This document shows positions 1-14,059 of a DNA stretch of 64,000 nucleotides, piece after piece. The notes beneath the pieces are model-generated. The model was not told the DNA's origin. It worked only from the letters and a program-made list of their open reading frames with translations, and made no database searches. The position numbers were made by a program, and so were the translations under genes. How positions within the stretch are numbered: the first letter of the stretch is position 1; every line of letters begins with the position of its first letter. This stretch comes from Lingula anatina (lineage: Eukaryota; Animalia; Brachiopoda). The stretch lies in the NCBI GenBank assembly GCA_051362555.1, contig CM120643.1:5890001-5954000 (forward strand), given 5' to 3'.

Positions 1-2077
1 TATTATATCTTTTGATTTTTCGTTAGATATAATATTATTGATTATTGATTGAGAATAAATTATAACAAAAAGGTAATTATAACTTCTTTTTCATTGTTAT
101 TGTTATATTTTTTCTTTTTGCTTCAACTTTTGCTGGATCTCAGCACTGCTAACACAACGTTCATCCGCGAAGACTATACTAAGTTAGAAGGCCAGATGTT
201 CATTACAAATCGCCCATTCTGCTATTTTGTTGTGTTTACATTCAAAGATCTGTTTGTGGAGTTGATTCATTCTGACGCTGGGTATTTTTCTACATGTATT
301 TTGCCCAGGATAAATTTTTTTAATGAAAAACACTATAGGAAGTATGTGTCAGCTAGTTTATAGAAAGTACCCCTGTATGAGATGGTTTTAGCTGCAATCA
401 TAATTTTGAAGTGCAATTTTAAAAATGTTTTAACTAAAATGAAATAATTTGGTGGTGCTATATTCTTTACAAAAAGTACTTATGTTTTTATGCTGTTTTT
501 AATAATATTTAACTGTAATGAAAAAAAACCTATGATGATATTTTGTAAAGTATTTTTAGTGGGATGAAATAAATTGCTAGTTGTATTTACAGCAAATAAT
601 TTGGTTTTTCTGCTTTTTAAAGAATTTTCAAAGTGATGACATAATGTGGTGGTTCTATTCAAGTAAAATAATTCATAAGTACTATTTTGTAAAAAGGAAC
701 AAAAAACTGTGTTAATTTGTAAAATGTTTGCTTTCTTCAATTTTTATTTCTTAAACTGTTACAAAAAGTTTTCCATACCTACAGTAATCCATTGGCTGAG
801 AAATTGCAGCTATATATTCAGGAAAGTTATAGCACAAATAAATTATCTAAGTATTACATGGTTTCATGGTTTTTACTATGGACTGAATATTTATTATGTT
901 TAAATAAAATATTTGGTTTTGCTGCATTTCAATGAATTTTCAGAGCGATGAAATAATATGGTGTTTCTACTCAAGTAAAACAATTCAGAAGTGCTATTTT
1001 GTAAAAAAAGAACAAAAACTGTTCATTTATAAAATGTTTTCTTTCTTTAAATTTTATTTCTTAATCTGTTACAAAAAGATTTCCAAACATGCATTATTCC
1101 ATTGGCTGAGAAATTGCATCTATACATGAACAAATAAATGATCTAACTATACCTAGTTTTATGATTCTAACGAGGTACTGAATAATGATTTTAAATAAAA
1201 ATAATTATTTAATTAACATTACCGGTCATGCTCAATACATCAATAAAAAAGGATATTACTTAATAACACATCCTTATGCGGGTAGTAGGCTACCGGCACT
1301 TATATATATTTACTGACAACTCTTCTGAAATTACGGACATAAGAAAATGCACTTTGATAAATCATACTTCCTAGGGGCACTTTCTTGCTATGGAGCTCTC
1401 TTTCCAAAACTTCATAAGTTTTGCCAAGATCAATTAACCTTTTTACGTGTATTCTTTTTGAGGCAACTCGTCTATCTTTAGGGGCCTAATTACTGTGCCT
1501 GGGTCAAGTTGTAACTGTCCCTTTAACATGGAAGGTGTGTTGACATGGGCAACCCTTCACTTCAAACGAAGCCCTGAATCCTCAAGAAAATTATGCCCAC
1601 CTTGCCGACTTTGACAATCAGGTACACAACAATACTGAGGCATGTTTATTAAGGCCAGTACCACAGTCCAACGAATACAATATCCAACATGGCGACTGTG
1701 GAAGGACTGAATTCACACTAGCGACACCTGGCGCCAAGCGGGCTGGTATTCCTCATTTGAGCAAATGGAGCATTTAAGGACCTTCGCATTAAGAGCAATT
1801 AGGTCCTACCACTAAAAGTATAATAAACAAACTTGAAAATATTCTAAAGTCAATTTTGCCTTCACAGCATCTAGTACCTGTACTTTACTTTTATAGACAG
1901 CGCAAGAGACTGCGCTAGTAGGCTTGGGGGGGCCTATATTAGATGCGCTAACTAATTTATTTTCAAAAGGTCTAATTTTTTTCCTCAATTCCAAGTATAT
2001 TTTCTCAATGCCTGGTAACAAACGGCTTTTTTAAGAGAATGTCGTGTTTCGCGCAAAACATTTGACTGTGCCCTATT

Positions 2078-2245
2078 CAGGGGCGGATTTAGGCCGTCTT
2101 CTGGGTCTTCCGGAAGACGGTCAGATTTTCAAGTTTACATTGAAGGGTATCTAATTTTTTCTGTCGGAAGACGGTCAAAAATGGAAAATGGATAACCAAA
2201 TATAATATGGAAGACTGTCAGGAAATATTCCTGGATCCGCCCCTG
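2078..2245. mobile_element. MITE with CAGGGGCGGAT...ATCCGCCCCTG TIRs
   Basis: TIRs and 5-bp TSD ctatt; second copy at 55783-55949, reverse fragment at about 47345-47392. Confidence 0.88.
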
Positions 2246-2492
2246 CTATTAACATATCGTCCAGCTAATCATGCTGGGAAGGGGAGGGGGGGGGGGGGGG
2301 GGGAGAAGTGATCATAGTTCATGGCCACAAAAAATAAAACCATCAAATCACAAATCACACATATTAATTAAAAACTTTATTCGTATCTCACTGAAAAAGC
2401 TAGTCTAAACAGGAATCTTTCTTTTAAAAATTATTAAAGACATTCTTACATTTTATACATATCTGTGAATATCTAGTGAAAACTCCATCTGT

Positions 2493-2529
<37 letters not shown>

Positions 2530-3510
2530 GTTGTCTCTGGTCGAATTCACAATCAGTTGGTCCTTGGACCAGAATCAGATAACAAACCTCTTTTATGATA
2601 ATTAACTGTTATGACTGATAAATGAAACTACATATTTTTCATTCGACAGCATCTTCCGTATCTTCACTAAAAATATATATTGAAAACGCATCTGTAAAGA
2701 TTAACTCTGAAAGATGAAAAAAATGCCCAAGCTTTTGCTTGTGAACCTTCTTCAGGTACCAAAACGAGAATAAACAAGCAAACTACAGGGATGCATGTAA
2801 AAGGGACAATAAGTTAGAAGTGCGTGACCAAGGTTAACGTGTTGAAGATTACGTAATAATTAAACAAGACTAATATCCGTTGAGATATTCATTGTCTCTA
2901 TAAAGTCCTTTTTTAAAGTGTTTAATATTTTTATGAGCTTCTTATCGACAATCCGTCTTTGTCTTGTGTCGCGTATGTGTTCTTTTAAAATGGAGACTAC
3001 TGTGGTGGTTCTTGATGCGAGTTTTAAGGGCGTAAGACAGCTTTTTTCTATCGTTTTCCCTTTTAATTACTATTAGTTCTATTACTGTACATAGCTACCA
3101 ATTATCTGCGCTTTAAGCTTGTACTTTTTATTACAGATACAAGCAAGGCAAGCAAAAAGTATCTGGCAGTGAATTGTGAACTGTTGCTGCTACCACTCCA
3201 ACATAAAGTAGATATTGCAAACATATATCGGCACATGAATCAATAAGATATCAGACAACTTTCATGGAAAATAAACTGAAATTAAAGCTGGATATTATTT
3301 TATCTATTATCATTTCGCATTTACGTTAAATCTCGGCACGTACGTCTTCATCACCATCATACTTCCGTCGCAGTCTGAAGCGATAAAGTTCAAACAGTGC
3401 ACATCAAAACCATAAATAGGAGTCCTTACGTAGGAAACATCGCGCTAGAGAACGGGTTTAATTAAGGCATTCTTGTTGGCGGTATTGTCACTAATTTAGA
3501 GAATCATGAA

Positions 3511-3941
3511 TAATTCACAATGTGCTGTACACAAACTCCACACTGTTCAAAATGAAAATAGTTACTTGCCCAGGATGTATTAACTGCCATATGAAAGAAA
3601 CAATAATACATCGTTTTGTGGAATGTGTAGGCCTACGCGCAAGAAACTTTTGGATTGCATTTGAAAACTGGTGGAACACTCCAAATAATACCATTCACTT
3701 TAGAAAAAATGAAAAATAACAAGCATGTATACGTGTAGTATGTAGGCCTTTGTATGAATGAGTGAGTGAAAGTATTTCTATATATTTATGTTCTTTTTTA
3801 TTTATCAGTATTTAATTACAGTAATTATCATCAGTACTATATGCATTTAATTTTTATCTGTTTAAATATTTCATTATATATGTATATTTTCATTTTTTAT
3901 TTGAGTGAATAAACGCATTAAAATAAATTAAAAAAAAAAAA
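3511..3941 (+). mobile_element. 5'-truncated L1/Tx1-type LINE insertion
   Basis: ORF2 C-terminal zinc-finger remnant (LYTNSTLFKMKIVTCPGCINCHMKETIIHRFVEC), AATAAA, poly(A) at about 3929-3941, target-site duplication agaatcatgaa at 3500-3510 and 3942-3952. Confidence 0.88.
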
Positions 3942-4534
3942 AGAATCATGAACAAATCTGGATGACTCTATCTATAACAAAGTAATTATTACCTAAAAAT
4001 AAAAAAAAAAATACCTTTCAGAATAATACAAGAAAAATTAATGAAAAGAACAAAGGCAAAATAATTTTAAATTAAAAATGGAATCTGAACAACAAATACA
4101 GCTTCACGCAAATGGAAATGAAAATACAATATACACACTACCCTCTACCAGGGCGAGTGATAGATTTTTTTTACAGATATTCACAGATATGTCTCTAGCT
4201 AGATAGATAGTCATTTACAGCTGAACTCTACAATTAATTTTTAAAATAATGTCGGTACCTTGTCAATGTATGGCAGGACTACGTGAAAATGACATACACC
4301 CTCCCCTACACATACACTAAACACACACACGCGCGCACACACACACACGCACAGGCTCATCGTCGAAGAGGGGGAGAACCAAATCCAATCATCGAAGTTG
4401 TACATCGGTTCACTATTTGTCCTAAGTAGGCCTAAATCATCATAAAATAAACGAATCAGATCAAAATTACAATAAAGCTTGGAATGTGCAGACCAGCATA
4501 ATCAACACCTGTGGGTTTGGATACAAAACTGCTT

Positions 4535-6277
4535 TTCCCCGTTGCCAACACTCTCAATTCAGGTCTATCTTTTAAAATAAAATGTTTTATTTTATATTTA
4601 AAAAAAAACGTATAAAACAACAGACTTCGGTCTAGCAGTGTGTAATACTGTGCATGAACCCAAATATGTTGTAGATGTAGCATTATCAAAATAGAATTAC
4701 TATATCTTCTGGAACATGAAAAGTCACATTAGAATTCTCCCCCCCCCCCCCCCCATCCCACCAATACGCCCCATTTCTATTGATACCATACAAACTCAGC
4801 GTGTGTAGGAGTGTGAAAACTAAAGTAGATCAAAAGTTCACGGATAGGATATGCCATGTAAGGATTCATAGGGGTGATCCTTTTGCTCTTTTTTTTTAAC
4901 CTGTCAATTTTGAGAAAAAATACAGTGAATCGGTGTCTCTCATTGCACTTAGTCAATATAAATTCAAATAAGTAAAATATCTTTCCTTTATCACGTAATT
5001 CGTCAGATGTAATAAAATACAGCATTTCCCTAGAAAACCTTTACCCCCTCTTGTGAATGCAATGTGCCGTCTGCAGAGCTCAGCGTCTGCCTACCTCTGA
5101 TACCTCGCTGGATGCTTCGCGGTTCCCGGGATGTGAACAGTTAACGCGGTCCGAAAAATTTTAGGGAGAGTCAGGTGAAATATAGAGGGACCGTGGCATC
5201 TATAAAGTTCTACATGATGAAGCTGGAGATGTGGGCTAGTTTTACTCTTTTCTTTCAAAATTTGCAATATACTCTGACTTTCAGTACCCCCATGCAACCA
5301 AAATATTTTGCTGGTATCTTGATACATCTCCCAATTGTGTCTCCCCCATAAAACGGTCCACACTAAAAAATCAATAATCGTATGGCAATTTTATACAGGC
5401 AATTGACCTACTTTTATACCCATGCAGCTATCGACGAGTTTTATGGCTGTGGAGTGAAAACGTGATACACGTCTGTGATATAAAAATTATTTCTAATTAC
5501 ATAATTTACAAACAGTGCATTTGGATTAAAGGTGTCCAGATATGTGAGCAAAAGATGACATTGCTATATGAAAATAATGAAAAAATTGGAGACCAGCCAA
5601 AATCAAGAAAAATGCATATTTTCTCTTATATGCAAATTAGGTTCCTTGAAGTAATATAAGACTGGCCGGAAGTGATGTTCAAAGATTTGTAACGATGGTG
5701 ATCTTGATGGCCTTGATGATCTTAATATGCCTATAATAATAATAATAATAATGATAATTTTATTGAGCACTAAAATGTTTCAGTACATTTTGCAGGCCCT
5801 CTAAACTACTTGTATATAAATACATTTAGTACATTTAATTTAATTTCATTACATTTAATGGTGGTTCAAAAAATATTATCAGAGTTTTCAGTTGTCATCT
5901 GGTGAGAAAGAAATTTTCTGCACTAACACAATCAGTAAACGCGCCTCAGATGCGCTGCAGACGTCACGGCTTTTGGGCGGAAGTCACACGCGACATTTCG
6001 TCATAATTGTTTGATATTATAGGTAAAAAACTGTGATTGAAAATGGATATCGGCAAAGCATTAAAATTTTGACAGCATTTCTATTTATAAGTGTTCGACA
6101 AGGATGAATTTAATTAGAATACCCTCTCTCTCTCTCTCTGTCTCTTTTTTAAGCGAATATAAACAAGGAGTTATAACTCCTTGATATAAAGGAGAAAGCC
6201 GAGCGAAAAAATAATGCGCATAACAGTCAAAATATTCACAAGTAAAAAAATTCAGAGTTAAAAATCTTGTTGGCCAC
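4535..6277. mobile_element. Interspersed repeat copy A (unclassified), continues at about 9767-9840 after a nested insertion
   Basis: Colinear similarity with 58775-60430 (e.g. ctagaaaacctttaccccctcttgtgaatgcaatgtg and tatgcaaattagg...ggccggaagtgatgttc). Confidence 0.85.
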
Positions 6278-9200
6278 TCCAGGAAATTGGTGAAAAATTG
6301 TGCATTTTTTACCTACAAGCATGAAATTTGGCACACTTATGGACAATAAAATTCTAAGCAAATTTGGATATATGGGCATGTCTGAAAATTCCAAAATGAC
6401 CGTCAAATCCAATATGGCCACCAAAATACCTTTTCAAATTAAAACTTCAAGTACATAGTCTTCTAATTACTTAAAATATCATATAAAGGTTAGAAAACAC
6501 CATGGTAGGAATCCTTCAGGTGTATTAAATCCAAAATGGCCGCCAAAAGTAAAAAAAGCAGACCATTTATTCAAGTTATCCATTTGAATGGGGAATTCAT
6601 CAAGCACTTAAAACTACAAGCATAAAATTTGGCAGGTTTGTGGAAAATGAAATTCTGAGCAAGTTTGGATGTATGGGCATATCCGAAAATTTAAAAATGG
6701 GCTTCAAATCCAAGATGGCCTCCAAAAATACGGCTTCTAATTAAAACTTCAAGAATATTGTCTTTTAAGGGCGTAAATATCATACAAAGGTTAAAAAACA
6801 CCACGGTATGAATTCAGAATCAATATTTGCTTTTTTAGGTGTATTAAATCCAAAATGGCCGCCAATAGTAAAAAGCACTCTACTAATCCAAGATATCCAG
6901 CAGAGTGGTTAATTCATCAAAAACTACAAGCATGGCATTTGGTTCAGTTGTAAAACAGGATTCCAAGCACTTTTGGATGTATGAGCATGTCTAAAAATTT
7001 CAATATATGGCCCCCAAATCCAATATAGCCGACACAAATACCCGTTCAAATTAAAACTTCAAGTATATATAATCCTATAATAACTTAAGATAACATTTTA
7101 TGGTTAGACAAGACTATGGTATGCATGAAGTATCAATATTTGATTCTTTAAGTGTATAGAAATCCAAAATGGCCTCCAAAAATAAGAAAAACAGGCCACT
7201 CACAGCAGCAGTATGGTGAATTCATCATGCACTTAAAACTACAAGCATGAAAATTGGCTCAATTGTACAGAACAGGATTCTAAGCAATTTGTTATATAAG
7301 GACATGTCTGATTATTCTAATATGGCCACTAAAACCCTTTTAAGGTAAAAAAAGACTACTATATAATCTGACTGACAACAGTCTTTACTCTTTTTTGGTT
7401 TTTCGCTCCTTTAGTTACATTTAATGGAACAGGACTCCTTTTGGTCTAGTTGTGACACCACATGCAGCAACTCTATAAATGTCAAGGATATGAAAATGTC
7501 AAGGTATTTTCACAAATAAGTTTCAAATTAACGAAAGTTATTTTATCAAGTAAGTGTTGCACATTTTATGGGCGGTCAACCTTTTACTTTAGTAAATGGA
7601 CAATATCTCAACAGAGGATAACAGCTAGCTACACCAAAATTTCTGCTTATTTGGTTAAATAATTTTCATTCATTAATGTGTGCCTAGCTTTACTAGTAGT
7701 TGTGTTTCCCTCAGCTTTCCCAGTATTTCCTTAAAGCTAAAGCTTCTACATGTAATCCACTTTCCCCAACAAAATACCAAGAGGCATTGGTCGTTTTTAA
7801 CACCAGAAAGCATCAGTTTACATGCATGAGGGTCAATAGGAATATGAAAGAGTGGTAGGGCATGGTAGTAGATGTAGGTTACTAGTGTGAACCCTTATAG
7901 GACCAGTCTTCCAATGCTTCTGACTCAGTTTACATGCATGACGGTCCATAGGAACATGAAAGTGTGGAAGGGCATATTAGTAGATGTAGGTTACTAGTGT
8001 GAACCCTTATAGCACCAGTCTTCCAATGCTTCTGACTCCCCTCACCACAGTTAGCAACTGCACACATAACTACAAACAGATGTGGTAGGAGCTACCTGGT
8101 AGATTTTGTAAGCTGGGTAAGTGAATACTCCTCATGGCTTCATTCTGGATTGTCCCACAGAGACAATGATGTCGGAAATCTCATGAATTTTTACCTTTCA
8201 AAGTCCATATTGCACTAATTTCTTGGTGTAATCCTCAGAATACATCGTTTTTTGAAGTTTTGTATGTATTAACTGTCTGGAGGATTTAAATTCTTTTATT
8301 TTCATGTTCAGTTTTTTGAAAGTATAAGTTTGTAACTAAACAAGTTACCAAATGATCAAATGAAAACCAAAGTTTGGCGCCTATCAGTGCTTCTTTTTTA
8401 GTGCATGAAGTGTGAAGTCTGCAATGCAACTCTTGGATACAGCACGTATCAACACCTGCCCTCTGTTTGGGGTACGTAGGTATTTCTTTGCTCATAAATG
8501 TTCACTAAATTCTCAGTAGCCATTACTGCGAATGTACTAAAGCCAATTTTTTTAAATAAGAAGCTTTTCTAATTTACTTTTGAAGCACAAGATAACATCA
8601 TAACATTATCGAGTGCAAATGTGCCCCGCTTTTAGTACTTTACCAATGAAAAACACCAAATTGTTGAGACCTGTATGTTTGATTAGCTGTCATTTTTGTT
8701 ATATTTATGAGCATTTGATGAAGCGCCATGCACTGATCTAGCTGAAGAATCATAACCAACAGACAAAATTGATACACCCCAAGTTTTTTTTTATATTTGC
8801 CTCTTTAAGGCTAAGTTATTCTGGTGTTTCTTTCACATTTCATGGATTTTGCACGATACTTTTTTTCTTAGAAAGGGGGAGTCACTCATGAGTGCCATAT
8901 AAGAAGATTGCTAACTGGGAATTGATCTAAATGAGAATCCAGAGCAAAAAGTCAAACTACTTATGTTGGTTTATCAAAAGAAGGACTGTTTTCAGTACAT
9001 AATAAATGTATCATGCTTGATGGTTTTTTTTTAAAACTCTGTAGAATAGCTCCTGCACAGGTAGGAATATGCTGATTATACAGGTAGTTTGCAAAGCCCA
9101 CATGCCTATTCACGAGTGATTACAATTTAATAGTTGTGGTCTGCTGACTTTTGGAGGCCATTTTGGAATTTTAAAACCTTAAGTGGCAGATACTGATACT

Positions 9201-9766
9201 TCATACATACAATGGTATTTTCTAACCATTAAATGATATTTTTATAAAAGACTATACAAATGACTTTCACCTTGAAAGGGTATTTTGGGAGCAATATTGA
9301 AATTGGCTGCCATATTGGAATTTTTAGACATGCCCCTATATCCAACGTTGCTTAGAATCATGATCTACATAACTGTGCCAATTTTTATGCTTGTAATTGT
9401 AAGTGCTTGATGGTTTTACAAAACTGCTGCATATTTTGTATAAGTAAACTGCTTATTTTACTTTTGGAGGCCATTTTGGAATTCTATACACCTGTAGAAG
9501 CGGATATTGATAATTCATTCATAGCATGATATTTTCCAGCTATAAAATGATATTCTAAACCATTTTAGGACTATATATTAGATGTTTTAATTTAAAAGAG
9601 TATTTGTGGCGGCCATATTGGATTTGGCGGCCATACTGGAATTTTCAGACATGCCCATATATCCAAAAAAGCTTAGAATTCCATTCTCTACAACCCTGGC
9701 AAATTTCATGCTTGTAGGTAAAAAACGCACAATTCACCCTTTTTTCTGCACCAATTTCTTGGACTA
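6278..9766. mobile_element. Degenerate DNA transposon with long repetitive TIRs (Academ-like)
   Basis: Left tccaggaaattggtg...tttttacctacaagcatgaaatttggc mirrors right gcaaatttcatgcttgtaggtaaaaa...caccaatttcttggacta. Subterminal ~280-bp repeats carry aaaatggccgcc; right terminus CTA. Superfamily assignment is by terminal style only. Confidence 0.75.
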
Positions 9767-11639
9767 GGCACTACAGTTCCTCTTCATAGAGGACCACATG
9801 CAAAATTTTAAGGCAACTTGTAGCCTTTTCAATTGATGTTGTAAAGTAAATGACTTACACTTTCACTAACTGCAGATAAAGATTATAACGGAATCAAACA
9901 AGTTAAAGGATAGGGAGTTATTGAGTGTTGCGCCGACAGACAACTCACAACGTAAATAACAACAATAACAACAATCTACACGCAATATGGTAACGTGCAT
10001 ATTGGTAACGCAGTGGTGGATTTAGAGGTTTCTGAAAAATATATCGCACCAATATTCCCCTCTTGAAATTAGAATTTCGTCTTACCTTTGTACATTTTTA
10101 ATTGGAAAATCTATTTATTGATATTATTCCATTTTTTCACAAAAATTATTTGTTTTTCTTATAAAAATCAAAGTGAAAGGGAAAAGATTAGAGGGAGAAA
10201 AAGAGCAACAATTGAACATACATATTTCCCCTCCAAAATATCCTTTATTACAGTGAAATAATGAAGAACATACATACTATTGGCATGCATGTACCAATAA
10301 CAAAAAGACTTTCACTAGTATCTAAAAATGAAAATCAATATATCTTCATACATAAAGAACAATGCACCACCTCCAAAAGAATTAACAAAATTTCAAGTAT
10401 TACATTACAGTATGGACAAGCCTCTATTCAACAACAACAACAACAAAAAAAAATCAATAGAACAATTTTAAATATCTAATTTCCTCCTTTCTGAGACTCT
10501 GAACACAGTGAAGGATTGAATCTGACAAACTACACTAATATAATTTTATTTCCATTTTTGATTCTTTATTTCAAGATACAGGATAACAGATTTACCATCA
10601 TTTTAATATAAACAAGTAACAAAATTGTTAAGATGCAGAAAATGTCAAAAGAACATGTTTACATATATTGAAAATAGCACAGGTGACAGCAATGTACGGA
10701 CAGTGCTGAAAATAAAAATCATATTAAGTGAATGTTGCAATGGTGTGGGACAAATTTTCTTCCAGCCTTCTTAAAGCTTTTATATTTGTACAACATTAAT
10801 AAAATTTCCATCTGAAGACGTCTATATGAATGTCACATGACATACAGTTTAAAACCAGAAGGACAGAGCATCAATATGTCTTGTATACTGTAAAATAAAA
10901 ATTTATCTTCTACCCTTTTCTGAACCAAGACAACAGTTCTTGGAATGTTGAGTACACCAAGCAAGCCAACACAGATGTATTTCTAGGATAATGTATTAAA
11001 ACAAACTGCAAAGTGCTGTTTTTGATTTTCATCTGGATTCTTAATTTCAACTCCGCTGTTACATTAACTAAGCTGTATCATTTTCCTCACATTTTTAAAT
11101 ACAACAAAAATATCATTATTACGGGTCAGATTATACTTGTCATGGAACTTTTTTGTTGGTTGTATTTGCCTTAGCACTTCTTTTAATTCAGTCCCTTAAT
11201 CCAGTTAATATATGTGCTAACTACTATGTAACAATACAGTCTTATGGTTACGTCTTGCAATCTGTAAAGCCTACAGGTTAATCAAGATTTTAAAAATCTG
11301 TTAACTGATTTCTTATTGTTAACTTAGCAACAAATAAACCAAATATTGGTATGAGAGTTCTTTGAGGAATATTTTATGTGCAAGCATGTGGGCTTAAGTT
11401 TCTGCAAACAGAACATCAGCACAAACACTATATTCAAACAGGAGGACTGACTCTTTAATAGCGTAACATTTTATCTGGAATTATTTAGTAAACAGTAATT
11501 CCAATTCTTCATCAGAGTTGGAAAGCTGCACCCATAAAAGAACAAATAAATTATATGGGTTTAATATAACACTTCATAATAAAGTTCCATCATAACTACC
11601 AACATCTATTCTGCTTTGTGCGAGACATATTTCCTCTCG

Positions 11640-13992
11640 ACACATGGATAAGACAAAGTGCTGCTCTTGGTGCTGTCTTTCACTGCCTGCTTTTTCATGG
11701 TTAGGGTACTCTGAAAAAAGAACAATATAAGTGAAAAAACTGAAAATTACATTGGAAAGACTAGCAAATCCAAGGACTTAAAATAGTTAAACGTTAATAA
11801 TTTTGTCAAATCTTGTCTAATATTTCTGAAATTTGTACAAATGATGCTTAACAACAATAAAATCTGTGATTAGATGATTTGTTGACTGTATCTAATGAAA
11901 AGTGTTTTTTGGGACAATTAATTTAGGACAACTGAAATTTACATTGAAAAGACTGGCAAATCCCATGACATAAAATAGTTAAATGTTAATAATTTTGTCA
12001 AATCTAGTCCAGTGTTTCTGAAATTTGTACAAATGATGCTTAACAACAATAAAAACCTGTGATAAGCTGATCAAATGACTGTGTCTAATGAAAAAAATCT
12101 TCTTTCGACAATATCCTTGAAAAAACTGAAAAGTACACTGAAAAATCTGGCAAATTCCATGGCTTAAAATAGCTAAATGCTAATAATTTTGCAATGTGAT
12201 TATAAAATAAAATAGCAAACGTGATGATTTGAGGTTGTTTGTGTAGGAGGTTGCAAATTACCTATAACTGTTATCTGGAAAACAATATATACCCAAACAA
12301 GACTTCTCCTTACTATCAATGCCAGATGCAGATTACTCCTTACAATGGGTTTCTGGAATGGGTTGTTGTTATCACAACATTTGACAATGTCCTAAATCTT
12401 ACCACATACCATGTATTGTACACATGGATAAGACTTAGTGCTGCTCTTGGTGCTGTCTTTTGCTGCCTGCATCTTCATGGTAAGGGTACTCTGGAAAAAG
12501 AACAATATAACTGAAAAAACTGAAAATAACATAGAAAACGCTGGCAAATTCCATGACATAAAATAGTTAAACGTTAATAATTTTGTCAAATCTTGTCCAA
12601 TATTTCTGAAATTTTTACAAATGATGCTTAACAACAATAACAATCTGTGATTAGATGATCTGTTGACTGCATCTAATGAAAAGTGTTTTTTGGGACAACA
12701 TATTTGGGAAAACTGAAATTTACATTGAAAACACTAGCAAATCCCATGACTTAAAATAGTTAAACGTTAATAAAATTTTCAAATCTTGTCCAATATTTCT
12801 GAAATTTGTACAAATGATGCTTAACAATAATAAAAATCTGTGATTAGACGATCTGTTGACTGTATCTAATGAAAAGTGTTTTTTGGGACAACATATTTGG
12901 GAAAAATGAAATTTACATTGAAAAGACTGGCAAATCCAAGGACTTCAAATAGTTAAACGTTAATAATTTTGTCAAATCTAGTCCAGTGTTTCTGAAATTT
13001 GTACAAATGATGCTTAACAACAATAAAAACCTGTGATAAGCTGATCAAATGACTGTGTCTAATGAAAAGTATCTTCTTTCGACAATATCCTTGAAAAAAC
13101 TGAAAATTACACTGAAAAAGCTGGCAAATTCCATGGCTTAAAATAGTTAAATGTTAATAATTTTGCAATGTGATTATAAAATAAAATAGCAAATGTGATG
13201 ATTTGAGGTTGTTTGTGTAGGGGGTTGCAAATTACCTATAACTGTTATCTGGAAAACAATATATACCTAAACAAGACTTCTCCTTACTATCAATGCCAAA
13301 TGCAGACTACTCCTTACAATGGGTTTCTGGAATGGTTTGTTGTTATCACAACATTTGACAATGTCCTAAATCTTGCTACATATCATGTATTGTACACATG
13401 GATAAGACAGTGCTGCTCTTGGTGCTGTCTTTCACTGCCTGCATCTTCATAGTAAGGGTAACTCTGGAAAAGAACAATATAACTGAAAAAACTGAAAATA
13501 ACATAGAAAACGCTGGCAAATTCCATGACATAAAATAGTTAATCGATAATAATTTTGTCAAATCTAGTCCAATATTTCTGAAATTTGTACAAATGATGCT
13601 TAACAACAATAAAAATCTGTGATTAGATGATCTATTGACTGTATCTAATGAAAAGTGGTTTTTGGGACAACATATTTGGGACAATGAAATTTACATTGAA
13701 AAGACTGGTAAATCCAAGGACTTCAAATAGTTAAACGTTAATAATTTTGTCAAATCTTGTCCAATATTTCTGAAATTTGTACAAATGATGCATAACAACA
13801 ATAAAAATCTGTGATTAGATGATCTGTTGACTGTATCTAATGAAAAGTGTTTTTTGGGGCAACATATTTGGGAAAACTGAAATTTACATTGAAAAGACTG
13901 GCAAATCTCATGGCTTAAAATAGTTAAACATTATTAATTTTGTCAAATCTGGTCAAATGTTTCTGAAATTTGTACAAATGATGCTTAACAAT
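11640..13992. repeat. ~178-bp satellite array with interspersed ~300-bp module (higher-order period ~974 bp)
   Basis: Recurrent tttctgaaatttgtacaaatgatgcttaacaacaataaaa; module copies at 12239 and 13213. Confidence 0.9.
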
Positions 13993-14059
13993 AACAAGGC
14001 AGCAAAGCTGTCAAATGTACAGACAAAAAACCAGAAAATAAAAATGCAGAAAAAAGGAC

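Noticed and set aside
5091-5363. Paired ORFs at 5091-5363 and 59259-59582 as conserved genes
   Set aside because: Similarity reflects two copies of an interspersed repeat; ORF ends differ and no domain is recognisable.
12239-13452. Repeated 79-91 aa ORFs (also at 50758) as a small gene family
   Set aside because: They lie in a satellite module, use non-ATG starts, are frameshifted between copies and show no recognisable domain.
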